Positions 18,225-29,297 of a stretch of DNA of 64,000 bases are shown piece after piece. The translations under genes were made by a program, and so were the position numbers. The DNA comes from SAR86 cluster bacterium AG-390-O18 (lineage in GTDB: Bacteria > Pseudomonadota > Gammaproteobacteria > Magnimaribacterales > AG-339-G14), in NCBI GenBank assembly GCA_003279605.1, contig QCHF01000002.1, positions 321,586 through 385,585 of the forward strand. Direction: 5' to 3'. The notes beneath the pieces are model-generated. The model had not been told where the DNA came from. It did not search any database and saw only the letters and a program-made list of their open reading frames with translations. Each line of letters starts with the position of its first letter. Position 1 is the stretch's first letter.

Positions 18225-19600
18225 CAATACTTATAGTAATCAGGTTTATAAGGTCCATCAACATCTACATTTATATAGTCAGCTTGATCCTTTGTAAGCT
18301 TTGTAATGACTCCTCCAAAACCTTCTACCATATATGATGCAACTTCTTCATCTAGCTCCATAGGCAAAACTTGGACACTTAACATTTCTTGTTTTGTAGT
18401 TTCATCATTAATTGAGGCAAAACCTTGTTTGTATAAAAATATCTGTGCAAGTACTTGGTTGGCAAACGAGCCATCCATAATTCTTGAAGGGTGACCAGTT
18501 GCATTACCAAGGTTAACCAATCTACCTTCTGCCAAAAGAAGCAAATAATCCTTATTATCCTTGGGACCTCTGTAAATCTTATGCACTTGAGGTTTTATCT
18601 CTTCCCAAGTCCATTCATCTCTCATGTATTGTGTATCTATCTCGTTATCAAAATGACCGATATTACTGACAATTGCTCCTGACTTTAAATTATTCAAGAT
18701 ATATTTATCACATACATTGAAGTTACCAGTTGCGGTTACCACAAGATCAATGTCACTCAAAAGTACTTTATTGATAGATTCATCATTATTTAAATTTTCG
18801 CCATTTATGTAGGGCGAAACAACTTCATAACCATCCATACAAGCTTGCATGGCGCAAATAGGATCGATCTCGGTAATCTTGACTACCATTCCTTCTTGTC
18901 TAAGACTCATCGCAGAACCCTTACCAACATCACCATAACCAAAAACAAGGGCTTTCCTTCCAGAAAGCAACATATCCGTGCCACGTTTTATAGCGTCATT
19001 CAAACTATGTCTGCATCCATACTTATTATCGTTTTTAGATTTTGTTACCGAGTCGTTAACATTTATAGCAGGCACCTTAAGCGTACCTTTTTCCAACATT
19101 TCATATAGTCTTAATACCCCGGTAGTCGTTTCTTCGGAAATACCATTAATTTTTTCTAACATTTCTGGATACTTTTCATGCACCATAGCAGTCAAGTCAC
19201 CACCGTCATCCAAAATCATATTTGCGTCCCATGGCTTTTCATTAGATAGGATAGTTTGTTCTATACACCAATCAAACTCTTCTTCATTCATGCCTTTCCA
19301 AGCGAAAACAGGAATTCCTTTTTGCGCGATAGCTGCTGCAGCATGATCTTGGGTAGAAAAAATATTACAAGATGACCATCTCACAGAAGCTCCTAATTCA
19401 ACTAAAGTTTCTATAAGAACTGCAGTTTGAATAGTCATGTGTATGCAACCCATAATTTTTGCACCCTGCAAAGGCTTATCCTTTCCATATCTTTCTCTGA
19501 GTTTAATCAAAGCAGGCATTTCAGATTCAGCTAGTTCTATTTCTTTTCTTCCAAACTCTGCAAGAGAGATATCCTTTACTTTGTAGTCTTTGAATTCCAT
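18224..19600 (-). CDS. ahcY: Adenosylhomocysteinase
   Basis: [52 protein letters not shown]. Confidence 0.98.
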   Translation of the reverse strand: MEFKDYKVKDISLAEFGRKEIELAESEMPALIKLRERYGKDKPLQGAKIMGCIHMTIQTAVLIETLVELGASVRWSSCNIFSTQDHAAAAIAQKGIPVFAWKGMNEEEFDWCIEQTILSNEKPWDANMILDDGGDLTAMVHEKYPEMLEKINGISEETTTGVLRLYEMLEKGTLKVPAINVNDSVTKSKNDNKYGCRHSLNDAIKRGTDMLLSGRKALVFGYGDVGKGSAMSLRQEGMVVKITEIDPICAMQACMDGYEVVSPYINGENLNNDESINKVLLSDIDLVVTATGNFNVCDKYILNNLKSGAIVSNIGHFDNEIDTQYMRDEWTWEEIKPQVHKIYRGPKDNKDYLLLLAEGRLVNLGNATGHPSRIMDGSFANQVLAQIFLYKQGFASINDETTKQEMLSVQVLPMELDEEVASYMVEGFGGVITKLTKDQADYINVDVDGPYKPDYYKY

Positions 19601-19602
19601 AT

Positions 19603-20757
19603 TTATTTTAGTTGTTCTATTTTATCAGTTGATTCCCAAGAAAAGCTTTCTTCTTCTCTTCCAAAATGACCATATGAGGCAGTCAATTGATAGATAGGCT
19701 TTTTAAGATCTAACATTTCGATAAGTTTTTTGGGTTTTAGTTCAAAATTCTTTTCGACCAACTCAACAATTTTTGCCTCTTCTGTCTTATTTGTATCAAA
19801 AGTATTGATACTGATGGAAGTAGGTTCAGCTACTCCAATGGCATAAGAAACTTGAATTTCACATTTATCTGCTAGGCCTGCAGCAACAATATTTTTAGCC
19901 ACATATCTTCCAGCATAAGCGGCAGATCTATCAACTTTTGAAGGGTCCTTACCAGAAAAAGCACCTCCACCATGCCGAGCCATGCCACCGTAAGTATCCA
20001 CAATTATTTTTCTTCCCGTTAATCCACAATCTCCTACAGGACCTCCTATCACGAAGCTTCCTGTTGGATTTATATAAATTTTTGTATCTTCTTTAAGCCA
20101 TGAATTTGGAATGACTGGTTTAATAATTTCTTCCATAACTCCTTCTTCAATGGTTTTTGCATCTATATCTGGATCATGCTGGGTTGATAAGACAATTGCC
20201 GAAACACTTGATGGATTCCCTTGATCATCGTATAAAAAACTCAACTGACTTTTTGCATCCGGTCTTAGCCAATTTAATTTTCCATTTTTTCTTACTTCAG
20301 ACTGCTTTTTAACTAGTAGATGGGAATAGTGAATTGGTGCGGGCATCAGAACATCAGTTTCATTAGTTGCATAACCAAACATTAAACCTTGGTCACCCGC
20401 TCCTTGATCCAAATCGGTTCCTGAACCTTCATCTACTCCTGCAGCAATATCTACTGACTGCTGTCCAATGGCATTAATTATTTCAACTGTATTGCCATTG
20501 AATCCTAAGTCATCACTGTCATAGCCAATTTCGTTGATTACTTCTCGAATAACTTTTTCTAAGTTAGGTTGAGCGGAGGAAGTTATTTCTCCTGCAATCA
20601 CAACCAAATCAGTCTTAACCAAAGTTTCACAAGCTACTCTGGCATTTGGGTCTTCCTGTAGGTATGCATCCAAAATTGCATCGGAAATTTGATCACACAT
20701 TTTATCGGGGTGACCTTCAGAAACAGATTCAGATGTAAAAGTTTTGTACTCAGACAT
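19603..20757 (-). CDS. metK: S-adenosylmethionine synthase
   Basis: [52 protein letters not shown]; start moved to MSEYKTF (20757). Confidence 0.98.
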   Translation of the reverse strand: MSEYKTFTSESVSEGHPDKMCDQISDAILDAYLQEDPNARVACETLVKTDLVVIAGEITSSAQPNLEKVIREVINEIGYDSDDLGFNGNTVEIINAIGQQSVDIAAGVDEGSGTDLDQGAGDQGLMFGYATNETDVLMPAPIHYSHLLVKKQSEVRKNGKLNWLRPDAKSQLSFLYDDQGNPSSVSAIVLSTQHDPDIDAKTIEEGVMEEIIKPVIPNSWLKEDTKIYINPTGSFVIGGPVGDCGLTGRKIIVDTYGGMARHGGGAFSGKDPSKVDRSAAYAGRYVAKNIVAAGLADKCEIQVSYAIGVAEPTSISINTFDTNKTEEAKIVELVEKNFELKPKKLIEMLDLKKPIYQLTASYGHFGREEESFSWESTDKIEQLK

Positions 20758-20826
20758 GACAATAATAAAGTCAGCAATTCTACTATGAACTGACCTTGAA
20801 ATAGTAGAAAATAACATTCTAATTTC

Positions 20827-22800
20827 ATGACAGATCAACAAAACCTAGCCAATGCTATAAGAGCTCTATCTATGGATGCAGTTCAGAGAGCAGGATGCGG
20901 ACATCCTGGTATGCCCATGGGAATGGCAGATATCGCACAAGTTTTGTGGACCAAACATCTTAAATATAACCCTTCAAATCCTGATTGGTTTGATAGAGAT
21001 AGGTTTGTTTTATCCAATGGACATGGTTCCATGCTGCTTTATTCGCTTCTTCATTTGACAGGTTATGATCTTTCTATGGATGAATTGAAAAATTTCCGTC
21101 AACTGGGTTCAAAAACACCCGGACATCCGGAATGTGACGTGACCCCAGGAGTAGAAACAACGACGGGTCCCCTTGGACAAGGCATAGCAAACGCAGTTGG
21201 AATGGCAATGGCAGAAAAAATTCTTGCAAAGAGATTTAATAAAAAAAATTGTCCAATAATTGATCATTACACTTACGTTTTTTGTGGTGACGGTTGTTTG
21301 ATGGAAGGTATTTCTCATGAGGTTTGTTCTTTAGCTGGCACACATAAATTGAATAAATTAATTGTCTTATACGATGACAATAAAATTAGCATTGATGGCA
21401 AAGTTGAAGGTTGGTTTACAGACAATACGCCAGAGAGATTCAAAAGTTATGGTTGGAACGTTATAGCAGATGTCGATGGGCATGATTTTCAAAGTATTGA
21501 TAAAGCTTTGGAAGATGCAAAATCATCTAATCTTCCAACTCTAATTTGTTGTAAAACAGAAATTGGGAAAGGATCTCCCAATAAATCAGGTTCAGCAGAT
21601 GCTCATGGCGCAGCTCTTGGCGAGGAAGAAATCAAACTCACTAGAGAAAACATCCAATGGCAGTATGAGCCTTTTGAAATCCCTGATGAAATTTACAAGG
21701 CTTGGGATCACAAAAAACAAGGACAAGAAAGTGAAGAAAAGTGGCAAGAGGTTCTTGCCGATTTTGAAAAAAACCATCCTGAAGATTCTAAAGAGCTGCA
21801 TAGATTAATCACCGGAAGCTTGCCTAGTAATTTTGAATCTATCATCGAGAATCTAATCAATAATTTTTCTGAAGATGAAAATTCTTATGCTAGTAGAAAG
21901 TGTTCTGGTATGTGTTTGGATGCCATAGGCCCAATAATGCCAGAGTTGATAGGTGGATCAGCAGATCTTTCTCCTTCAAATAATACTGAATGGAAAGGAA
22001 CCTCTCATCTTGCAGAAGATGGTTCAGGTAATTACTTAAATTATGGCGTTCGAGAATTTGGTATGTCGGCAATAATGAATGGCATGATCTTACATGGCGG
22101 CATTAGACCTTATGCAGGAACTTTTCTCACTTTTCTAGATTACGCTAGAAATGCCGTAAGGATGTCTGCCTTAATGAAATTGCCTGTGATTTATGTTTAT
22201 ACTCATGACTCCATTGGGGTCGGTGAAGATGGTCCAACTCATCAACCGGTGGAACATATCTCAATGCTAAGAATTACACCTGGTATTTACACTTGGCGAC
22301 CTTGCGATGGGGTAGAAACTGCTTGCGCATGGAAATTTGCACTGAAGTCAAAAGCTGCACCTTCAGCATTGATATTATCCAGACAATCATTGGATGCTCA
22401 GAAAAGAGAAACAAACGACTCAATTTTTCTAGGCGGATACGAACTTGCTTCAGACCAAAATCCCAAAATAACATTGGTTGCTTCAGGCTCAGAAGTGAGC
22501 TTAGCCATGAAAGTTCGAGATCAGCTTAATGAGCAAAAAATTTCATCAAGAGTTGTCTCAATGCCATGTACTGAAATATTTGATGAACAATCATCGGAAT
22601 ATCAAAGAGAAACCTTAGGCGACTTGCCAAAAATTTTCATAGAAGCAGGGCAAAGCGATTTTTGGAAGAAGTATTGTGAAGGAGATGATCAAGTAGTCGG
22701 TATCGACAAATTTGGCGAATCAGCTCCAATAGATGATTTGATGAACCACTTTGGTTTTACAGTTGAAAATATAATCAAACAAATTAACAAAACAATTTAA
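20827..22800 (+). CDS. tkt: Transketolase
   Basis: [48 protein letters not shown]. Confidence 0.98.
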   Translation: MTDQQNLANAIRALSMDAVQRAGCGHPGMPMGMADIAQVLWTKHLKYNPSNPDWFDRDRFVLSNGHGSMLLYSLLHLTGYDLSMDELKNFRQLGSKTPGHPECDVTPGVETTTGPLGQGIANAVGMAMAEKILAKRFNKKNCPIIDHYTYVFCGDGCLMEGISHEVCSLAGTHKLNKLIVLYDDNKISIDGKVEGWFTDNTPERFKSYGWNVIADVDGHDFQSIDKALEDAKSSNLPTLICCKTEIGKGSPNKSGSADAHGAALGEEEIKLTRENIQWQYEPFEIPDEIYKAWDHKKQGQESEEKWQEVLADFEKNHPEDSKELHRLITGSLPSNFESIIENLINNFSEDENSYASRKCSGMCLDAIGPIMPELIGGSADLSPSNNTEWKGTSHLAEDGSGNYLNYGVREFGMSAIMNGMILHGGIRPYAGTFLTFLDYARNAVRMSALMKLPVIYVYTHDSIGVGEDGPTHQPVEHISMLRITPGIYTWRPCDGVETACAWKFALKSKAAPSALILSRQSLDAQKRETNDSIFLGGYELASDQNPKITLVASGSEVSLAMKVRDQLNEQKISSRVVSMPCTEIFDEQSSEYQRETLGDLPKIFIEAGQSDFWKKYCEGDDQVVGIDKFGESAPIDDLMNHFGFTVENIIKQINKTI

Positions 22801-23961
22801 GTGGATTTAACAAATTCAAAGCTATCCTCTTTTGATTTTGAGGGAAAAAGAGTTCTTCTGAGAGTAGATTTCAATATTCCAATCAGAGACGAAGAAGTTC
22901 TTAACGATGAAAGAATGGTAAGAGCTTTGCCGACCATTAAACACTTATTGGAAAAAGCAAAATCTCTCAGAATCATAACGCATCGTGGCAGACCTCAAGA
23001 ATCGGGAGAAGTTCAGCCTGAATTTTCGATTAAACCAATAGCAAAAAGACTTTCTCAATTATTAGATATTCCTATTCCAATAGCTAATTCTTTGGATGGT
23101 TTAGAGCAAGACGAAAAAATTATCATGTTGGAAAACATAAGATTTTTTCAGGGAGAAAAAGAAAACTCTGGAAATCTTTCAAAAACACTAGGTAATTGTG
23201 GAGATGTTTATATCATGGATGCTTTTGGTACTGCTCATCGTAAGCAAGCATCTACCTTTGGAGTAATTGACTCAGTAGCTGAAGCAGGTGTTGGCTTTTT
23301 GGTTGAAGATGAACTGGAGGCTTTGAAAAAGATTTTGGTGAATCCAAAAAAACCTCTAATTGGGATTATTGGCGGATCAAAGATCTCTACCAAAATTAAT
23401 GTCATTGATTCCCTTACTTCATACGTGGATAAATTAATCATAGGCGGTGCTTTGGCAAATACCTGCTATATGGCAATGGGAAAAAAAATTGGAAAATCGT
23501 TATTTGAAGAAGACTACATAGATGTAGCAGAAAAATTAGTTGGTAATGAGAAGATTGTATTGCCAGAAAATGTCGTTGTCTTAGATACATCTAACGATTC
23601 CGTATTTGAAAAGCATATTGATGATATAGCCAGTCATGAAGCTATCTGCGATGTGGGTAAAAAATCTTTGGAGTATTTTCAAAAGCATATCAATTCCGCT
23701 AAAACTGTTTTTTGGAATGGCCCTTTGGGTAAGTTTGAGGATCCAAGATTTTCTGAAGGGACTTCCGAGGTAGCAAAAATCATGTCTGAATCTAAGGCCT
23801 ATAGCATTATTGGCGGCGGGGAGACGATTACCTCTTTTGCAAATATTAATTTAATGGATTCTGTAGATTATGCTTCCACTGCGGGAGGAGCTTTCTTAGA
23901 ATATATAGAAAATAATTCCTTACCTTGTATAGATAAGATAATAACTAAAAATAAAGGATAG
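22801..23961 (+). CDS. pgk: Phosphoglycerate kinase (divergent)
   Basis: RVDFNIP, THRGRP, LENIRF, DAFGTAHR, GGSKISTK, WNGPLG.FE, GGGET, STAGGAFLE; GTG start. Confidence 0.93.
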   Translation: MDLTNSKLSSFDFEGKRVLLRVDFNIPIRDEEVLNDERMVRALPTIKHLLEKAKSLRIITHRGRPQESGEVQPEFSIKPIAKRLSQLLDIPIPIANSLDGLEQDEKIIMLENIRFFQGEKENSGNLSKTLGNCGDVYIMDAFGTAHRKQASTFGVIDSVAEAGVGFLVEDELEALKKILVNPKKPLIGIIGGSKISTKINVIDSLTSYVDKLIIGGALANTCYMAMGKKIGKSLFEEDYIDVAEKLVGNEKIVLPENVVVLDTSNDSVFEKHIDDIASHEAICDVGKKSLEYFQKHINSAKTVFWNGPLGKFEDPRFSEGTSEVAKIMSESKAYSIIGGGETITSFANINLMDSVDYASTAGGAFLEYIENNSLPCIDKIITKNKG

Positions 23962-23965
23962 AAAT

Positions 23966-24973
23966 ATGAAATCACTGGAAGAAATTGCAACTTATATTGT
24001 TTCTGATGGAAAGGGCATATTGGCTGCTGATGAGAGCACCCCAACAATAGGGAAAAGATTTGCAACAATAAATGCTGAGTCTACAGACGACTCCAGAAGG
24101 GATTATCGTGAAATGCTTTTTCGAGCTGATGGAATGAAAAACAATATTGGCGGAGTTATTTTATTTGATGAGACTTTGAGACAAGACGCAAAAGATGGCA
24201 CTCCTTTAAAAGATATAATCTCTGAACAAGGCGCATTGCCAGGTATCAAGGTAGACAAGGGAATCAGCCCGCTTGATTCTTCTCCTGAAGAAAATATCAC
24301 TGGGGGTTTAGATGGACTTAATGAGAGATGTGCAGAATATTTTGATCTAGGTGCTAAATTTACCAAGTGGCGTGCAGTTATAAAAATTGCTGACGGTCTG
24401 CCTTCTCAAGAGGCTATCAAAGCAAACATGGATGCTCTTGCTGATTACGCAAAAGTAGTTCAGGAAAACAACATGGTTCCAATTGTCGAGCCTGAAGTTT
24501 TGATGGATGGTAGCCATTCCATAGAATCTTGTGAAGACGCAACAAAAAGATGTTTGAGCACTCTATTTGAATCTTTGGCAGAGAAAGGCGTTTTGGTAGA
24601 AGGAACCATTTTAAAACCCAACATGGTGGTCTCAGGAAATGAATGTTCGAAGCAAGCTGGAATCCAACAAGTTGCAGAAATGACACTCAATTGTTTATTG
24701 GAAAATGTTCCTAGTAATCTGCCAGGAATTACATTTCTTTCTGGAGGACAATCCGATATTGACGCCACAGCTCATTTAGATGCTATGAATAAAATTGGTG
24801 GCAATCCTTGGAAGCTCAGTTTTTCTTATGGCCGTGCTTTGCAACAGGCTGCTCTCAAAACTTGGAGCGGTAAACAAGATAATGAGCAAGCCGCGCAAGA
24901 GGCCTTCAGCCACAGAGCTAAAATGAATATGTTGGCAGCAAAAGGTGAGTGGTCAGAAAACTTAGAAGGATAG
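23966..24973 (+). CDS. Class I fructose-bisphosphate aldolase
   Basis: GKGILAADES, KWRAV, PIVEPEVLMDG, Schiff-base LKPNMV, FLSGGQS, FSYGRALQ. Confidence 0.95.
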   Translation: MKSLEEIATYIVSDGKGILAADESTPTIGKRFATINAESTDDSRRDYREMLFRADGMKNNIGGVILFDETLRQDAKDGTPLKDIISEQGALPGIKVDKGISPLDSSPEENITGGLDGLNERCAEYFDLGAKFTKWRAVIKIADGLPSQEAIKANMDALADYAKVVQENNMVPIVEPEVLMDGSHSIESCEDATKRCLSTLFESLAEKGVLVEGTILKPNMVVSGNECSKQAGIQQVAEMTLNCLLENVPSNLPGITFLSGGQSDIDATAHLDAMNKIGGNPWKLSFSYGRALQQAALKTWSGKQDNEQAAQEAFSHRAKMNMLAAKGEWSENLEG

Positions 24974-24977
24974 TCTT

Positions 24978-25688
24978 TTATTTGTTTATAAAAAATCTAC
25001 TGGCTAAAAGTCCCACTTCATAAAGAAGCCAGACAGGAAGAGCCAAAAGCGTTTGTGAAAAAATATCGGGAGGTGTAAGAAACATTCCCACAACAAAACA
25101 TCCTATGATCACGTAAGGTCTGGCACTAGAGAGTTGTTGAGCATTTGTCACTCCTGACCAAATCATCAGCATCAAAATAATTGGCACCTCAAATGCAAAA
25201 CCAAAGACAAAAAGAATTCTAATAACAAAATCAATGTATTCATTGATGTCGGTCATTACCAAAACTTCCGAGGGAGAGGCTTGAACAAAAAAAGTGAAAA
25301 TCAGTGGAAAAATTACAAAAAAAGCAAAACAAATACCTGCAAGGAACAAAATTATGCTGGAAAACAAAACCGCAAAAAAACCTATCTTTTCTTCTTTGTA
25401 CAAACCTGGCGCAATGAAGTTCCATAACTCAAAAAGTAAATATGGAATTGCTACAAATGTAGCGACATAAAAAGTAAGTCTTAACGGAGTCAAAAAGGGT
25501 GAAACTACACCAGTTGCAATCATTGAAGAATTGGCAGGTAAGATTTCTGTTAAGGGATTGGCAAAAATAAGAAATATTTCATTTCTAAAAAATACCAAAA
25601 CAAAAAAAATTATAGCAATTGCGCCAAGGCTTCTTAAAAGAACATTTCGCAGGGAGTTTAAATGTTCAAGATAACTTTTTTCAGTCAT
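24978..25688 (-). CDS. tatC: Twin-arginine translocase TatC
   Basis: HL..LR, SPFLTPL, FIAPGLYKEEK, FGFAFEVP, RPYVIIG, LTPPDIFSQ.LA. Confidence 0.95.
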   Translation of the reverse strand: MTEKSYLEHLNSLRNVLLRSLGAIAIIFFVLVFFRNEIFLIFANPLTEILPANSSMIATGVVSPFLTPLRLTFYVATFVAIPYLLFELWNFIAPGLYKEEKIGFFAVLFSSIILFLAGICFAFFVIFPLIFTFFVQASPSEVLVMTDINEYIDFVIRILFVFGFAFEVPIILMLMIWSGVTNAQQLSSARPYVIIGCFVVGMFLTPPDIFSQTLLALPVWLLYEVGLLASRFFINK

Positions 25689-25887
25689 CTTTATTTTCTT
25701 TGTTATTTTGGAAGTCTTCCGAATATATTTCTTGCTTTATCTCTTGCGAGATTGAAGAGCTTTTTGAGCGAATTAACTTCACATACTCTTCTAATTTAGT
25801 GAGAAATCCTGGTAATCTTTTAGGGCCTAAAATAAGTAAAGCAATGATTCCTATTAATAAGATTTCAAAGAATCCTATGTCGAACAT
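25681..25887 (-). CDS. tatB: Twin-arginine translocase TatB
   Basis: MFDIGFFEILLIGIIALLILGPKRLP. Confidence 0.92.
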   Translation of the reverse strand: MFDIGFFEILLIGIIALLILGPKRLPGFLTKLEEYVKLIRSKSSSISQEIKQEIYSEDFQNNKENKDD

Positions 25888-26064
25888 TTAATCTTCTTTT
25901 TTGTCGTCTAAACTTTTATCTTCTTCTTTAACTGCTTTTTTAAACCCTTTGACAAAAGAACCTAAATCTCCACCAAGATTTCTAATTCTTTTAGTGCCGA
26001 AGATCAAAACAATAATTGCAAGAATGATTAGCAATTGCCAAATACTTATTCCACCAAAACCCAT
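25888..26064 (-). CDS. tatA: Twin-arginine translocase TatA (missed by ORF track)
   Basis: Hand translation [58 protein letters not shown]. Confidence 0.95.
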   Translation of the reverse strand: MGFGGISIWQLLIILAIIVLIFGTKRIRNLGGDLGSFVKGFKKAVKEEDKSLDDKKED

Positions 26065-26385
26065 TTATTCTTTCCTTCCTTTTTTTTCTTCTATTCCAGA
26101 AAGACCCTCTCTGCTTTCAAGTTCTTTTAAAACCTCAGTTGGGTCTATCCCGTTATTCGTCAATAATACCATGACGTGAAACCATAAATCTGCTGCTTCA
26201 TGAATAACCTTATTTTTCTCTAGATCTTCAGTTATTTCGGCAATTAGCTCGTCAGTCTCCTCAGCTATTTTCTCAATAATCTTCTCGTTTCCCTTGGCAT
26301 ACAAACTCGCTACATAAGATGAAGAAGGATCGGCATTTTTACGCTCCTTCAGTAAGACGCTTAATCTTTCTACGATGTTTTTCAT
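26065..26385 (-). CDS. hisE: Phosphoribosyl-ATP diphosphatase
   Basis: SSYVASLY.KG, KIAEE, EAADLWFH, L..REGLSGIEEK. Confidence 0.92.
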   Translation of the reverse strand: MKNIVERLSVLLKERKNADPSSSYVASLYAKGNEKIIEKIAEETDELIAEITEDLEKNKVIHEAADLWFHVMVLLTNNGIDPTEVLKELESREGLSGIEEKKGRKE

Positions 26386-27917
26386 TGGCTAACTATTATG
26401 GCAATTAAAAGCAATGCAGTAATACCTATGTATATAAATTTATTATTGTTTTTTGATTGCTTTATCTCTTTTTTTAAGTTTTTTATTTCTGAGTTGTACT
26501 CTTCTAACCTAGACAAGTTATTTAATATGATTTCAATTTTTTCAGGAAGTTCATAAGCTTTTTCTGCCAAAGCAAAAGAATCATTTTTAAACCTTTCAAA
26601 CATTGCCTTCGGACTGTATTTTTTTGCAACCCAAGATTGAATAAAAGGTTTAGCCGTTGTCCACAAATCCAATTCTGGATAAATTTGTCTGCCTAAACCT
26701 TCAATGTTAATCAAGGTTTTGTTAAGCAATAACAATGAAGTCGGAAGGGATAAATCAAATTTTCTTGTAGCGTCGAACAAATAAAGCAACATTTCTCCAA
26801 ATTTAATTTCATCGAAGGGTTTCTCAAAAATAGGATCCAAAACCGTTCTTATCACAACTTCTAGCTCAACTTCTTTTGTATCTTCGCCAACCCAACCGGC
26901 GTTTATCATGGTCATGGCAACCCCAGAATAATTTTTATTGAACATTTCTGAAAGCATCTTGCCGATGATAAGTTGTTCCTTCTCAGTTAAGGAACCGCAA
27001 ATTGCATAATCAACGGCAACATAGGTAGGATTTTCAGGGTTGGAATTGTTAACAAAAATATTTCCTGGATGCATATCGGCATGAAAAAAATTATCATCAA
27101 AAAGTTGTTTGAAGAAAATTTTTACACCTGTTTCAGCAAGGGCTTTTAAATTTATGTTTTCTTTTTTAAGTACTTCTATGTCCGTTACAGGTATTCCAGA
27201 AATTTTTTCCATGGTCATGACATTTTTTGAAGAGAAATTTTCATAAACCTCTGGAATATACAAAAGAGAATTTTCTTTGAAGAAGTTTTTTGTCTGGATA
27301 GCATTCGCTGCTTCTTTTTTTAGATCGGTTTCAGCAGTAATAACTAATTCATATTCTCTTATCAAATCCATCAGTTTTAATCTTCGAGCATCAGAGAGGA
27401 TTAATTCAGCTAACCTGCCTAAAAATTTTATTGAGTTAACATCAGCAGAAATTCTCTTGTCCAAACCGGGTCGAACAATTTTTACAACCACCGATTCACC
27501 GTCTTTTAAAATTGCTTCGTGCACTTGAGCAATAGAAGCTGCTGCGAGCGGTTCTTCAATGAATGAATCGAAAATCTGATCTATAGGACTTTCCAAATCT
27601 TGCTCCATTATTTTGATAGCCTCTTTTGTCGAAAAAGGTTTTAAATTGTTTTGAAATTTTTTTAAGACACTTGCTTGTTTTTCTCCAACAAGATCCGGTC
27701 TGGTTGATAAGAGCTGACCGAATTTTATAAAGAGTGGACCCATCTCCTCTAATGCATCGCTTAAACGATACTCTATTTCTTTTCGTTTTCTGAAGAAGGT
27801 CTTTGGGAAAAAAAATAAAAGAGATAAAAGAACTTTATTTGCCAAAGGATCAAATAGTTCATCCAATCTGTACTTACAAAAAATATAAGAGATGCGAATC
27901 AGACTGAAAATAGCCAT
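26382..27917 (-). CDS. ubiB: Ubiquinone biosynthesis kinase-like protein UbiB
   Basis: GPLFIKFGQLLSTRPD, AAASIAQVH, VVKIVRP, FFHADMHPGN; start probably ATG 27917. Confidence 0.95.
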   Translation of the reverse strand: MAIFSLIRISYIFCKYRLDELFDPLANKVLLSLLFFFPKTFFRKRKEIEYRLSDALEEMGPLFIKFGQLLSTRPDLVGEKQASVLKKFQNNLKPFSTKEAIKIMEQDLESPIDQIFDSFIEEPLAAASIAQVHEAILKDGESVVVKIVRPGLDKRISADVNSIKFLGRLAELILSDARRLKLMDLIREYELVITAETDLKKEAANAIQTKNFFKENSLLYIPEVYENFSSKNVMTMEKISGIPVTDIEVLKKENINLKALAETGVKIFFKQLFDDNFFHADMHPGNIFVNNSNPENPTYVAVDYAICGSLTEKEQLIIGKMLSEMFNKNYSGVAMTMINAGWVGEDTKEVELEVVIRTVLDPIFEKPFDEIKFGEMLLYLFDATRKFDLSLPTSLLLLNKTLINIEGLGRQIYPELDLWTTAKPFIQSWVAKKYSPKAMFERFKNDSFALAEKAYELPEKIEIILNNLSRLEEYNSEIKNLKKEIKQSKNNNKFIYIGITALLLIAIIVSQ

Positions 27918-27918
27918 T

Positions 27919-28668
27919 TTACTTTTCCGCAATATGAAGAGTTACTATGCCTGCTGTCATGATGTCATAGGAAACATTTTTAAAATTTACGGACTCAAGC
28001 ATTTGTTTAAATTCTTCTTGCGATGGGTGCATCCTGATTGATTCTGCAAGATATTGATAACTTTCCTCATCTTGAGCAAAAAATTTTCCAAGTTTAGGCA
28101 AAATCTTAAATGAATAGAAATCGTATAAGTCAGATATCAAAGGAGATTCAGGCTTTGAAAATTCCAATACTAAAAGTCTACCTCCAGGCTTTAAACATCT
28201 GTAAAAATTTTTTAAGGCTTTGAGCTTATTCGTTACATTTCTAATTCCAAAACCTATGGTTATGCAATTGAATCTGTTATCAGGAAACGGGAGGTTTTCA
28301 GCATCAGCAACAGCAGTTTTTATATTCAATTTATTCTTATCAAGACTTCTTGCTTTGCCTAGTTTTAACATTTTCTCATTGATATCACTGAGGATGATTT
28401 CACCTGACTTCCCAACCAAATCTGACATTAAAATAGATAGGTCTCCCGTTCCTCCGGCGACATCCAAAACAGAATCTCCTTGCTTTAAATTAGAAAGCTC
28501 GATTGTGCCTCTCTTCCATAAGCGGTGAATTCCTAAAGACATTAGATCGTTCATAAGATCATAATTTTCAGCAACAGAATCAAAAACACCCTTAACCATT
28601 TCTGGTTTTTCTGTTTTATTTACGTTCTTATAACCAAAGTTGGTTTCGTTGTTTTCGTTTTTACTCAT
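27919..28668 (-). CDS. ubiE: Ubiquinone/menaquinone C-methyltransferase UbiE
   Basis: YDLMNDLMSLGIHRLWK, LDVAGGTGD, FGIRNV, YQYLAESIRMHP. Confidence 0.96.
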   Translation of the reverse strand: MSKNENNETNFGYKNVNKTEKPEMVKGVFDSVAENYDLMNDLMSLGIHRLWKRGTIELSNLKQGDSVLDVAGGTGDLSILMSDLVGKSGEIILSDINEKMLKLGKARSLDKNKLNIKTAVADAENLPFPDNRFNCITIGFGIRNVTNKLKALKNFYRCLKPGGRLLVLEFSKPESPLISDLYDFYSFKILPKLGKFFAQDEESYQYLAESIRMHPSQEEFKQMLESVNFKNVSYDIMTAGIVTLHIAEK

Positions 28669-28703
28669 TTCTTTGGAATCTGTTAGTATTGTAGTTTATT
28701 CAT

Positions 28704-29243
28704 ATGGAAAACAAATTAATTTGGCTAGACCTAGAAATGACTGGCCTAGAACCGCAATCCGAAAGAATTATAGAGATTTTCACCGCCATTACTAATGAAG
28801 ATTTAACAGAAGTAATTGAAGGACCAAATATCGTAATATCACAACCAACAGAATATTTAGACAATATGGATGATTGGAATCAAGATCACCATTCTAGATC
28901 AGGATTATTAGACGAAGTTATAAAGAGTGAGATTTCTCAAGAGGATGCGGAGTTGAGGACTTTAAATTTTATAAAAGAACATGTGGGAAAAAATAAATCA
29001 CCCCTTTGTGGAAACACAATTCATCACGATAGGAAGTTTTTAACATTGTATATGCCACAATTAGAAGAATATTTTCACTACAGAAATATAGATGTTAGCT
29101 CTTTTAAAGAAGTGGCAAAAAGATGGCGTCCGGAAGTCACTATGGAACAAGCAAAACAGGTAGCTCATCGGGCAAGAGCAGATGTTTTTGAATCCATAAA
29201 TGAATTGCGGTTCTACCGAGATGAATTTTTTGCAAAAAAATAA
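28704..29243 (+). CDS. orn: Oligoribonuclease
   Basis: IWLDLEMTGL, PLCGNTIHHDRKF, HYRNIDVSS, HRA..D..ESI.EL. Confidence 0.96.
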   Translation: MENKLIWLDLEMTGLEPQSERIIEIFTAITNEDLTEVIEGPNIVISQPTEYLDNMDDWNQDHHSRSGLLDEVIKSEISQEDAELRTLNFIKEHVGKNKSPLCGNTIHHDRKFLTLYMPQLEEYFHYRNIDVSSFKEVAKRWRPEVTMEQAKQVAHRARADVFESINELRFYRDEFFAKK

Positions 29244-29297
29244 CTTTTTTACTGTATCTTTCTCCGTTTTCTTTATAATTGCCATCCCTTATAAGAT

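Noticed and set aside
20758-20841. ORF-track N-terminal extension of metK
   Set aside because: Overlaps the tkt start on the other strand; the conserved MetK N-terminus begins at 20757.
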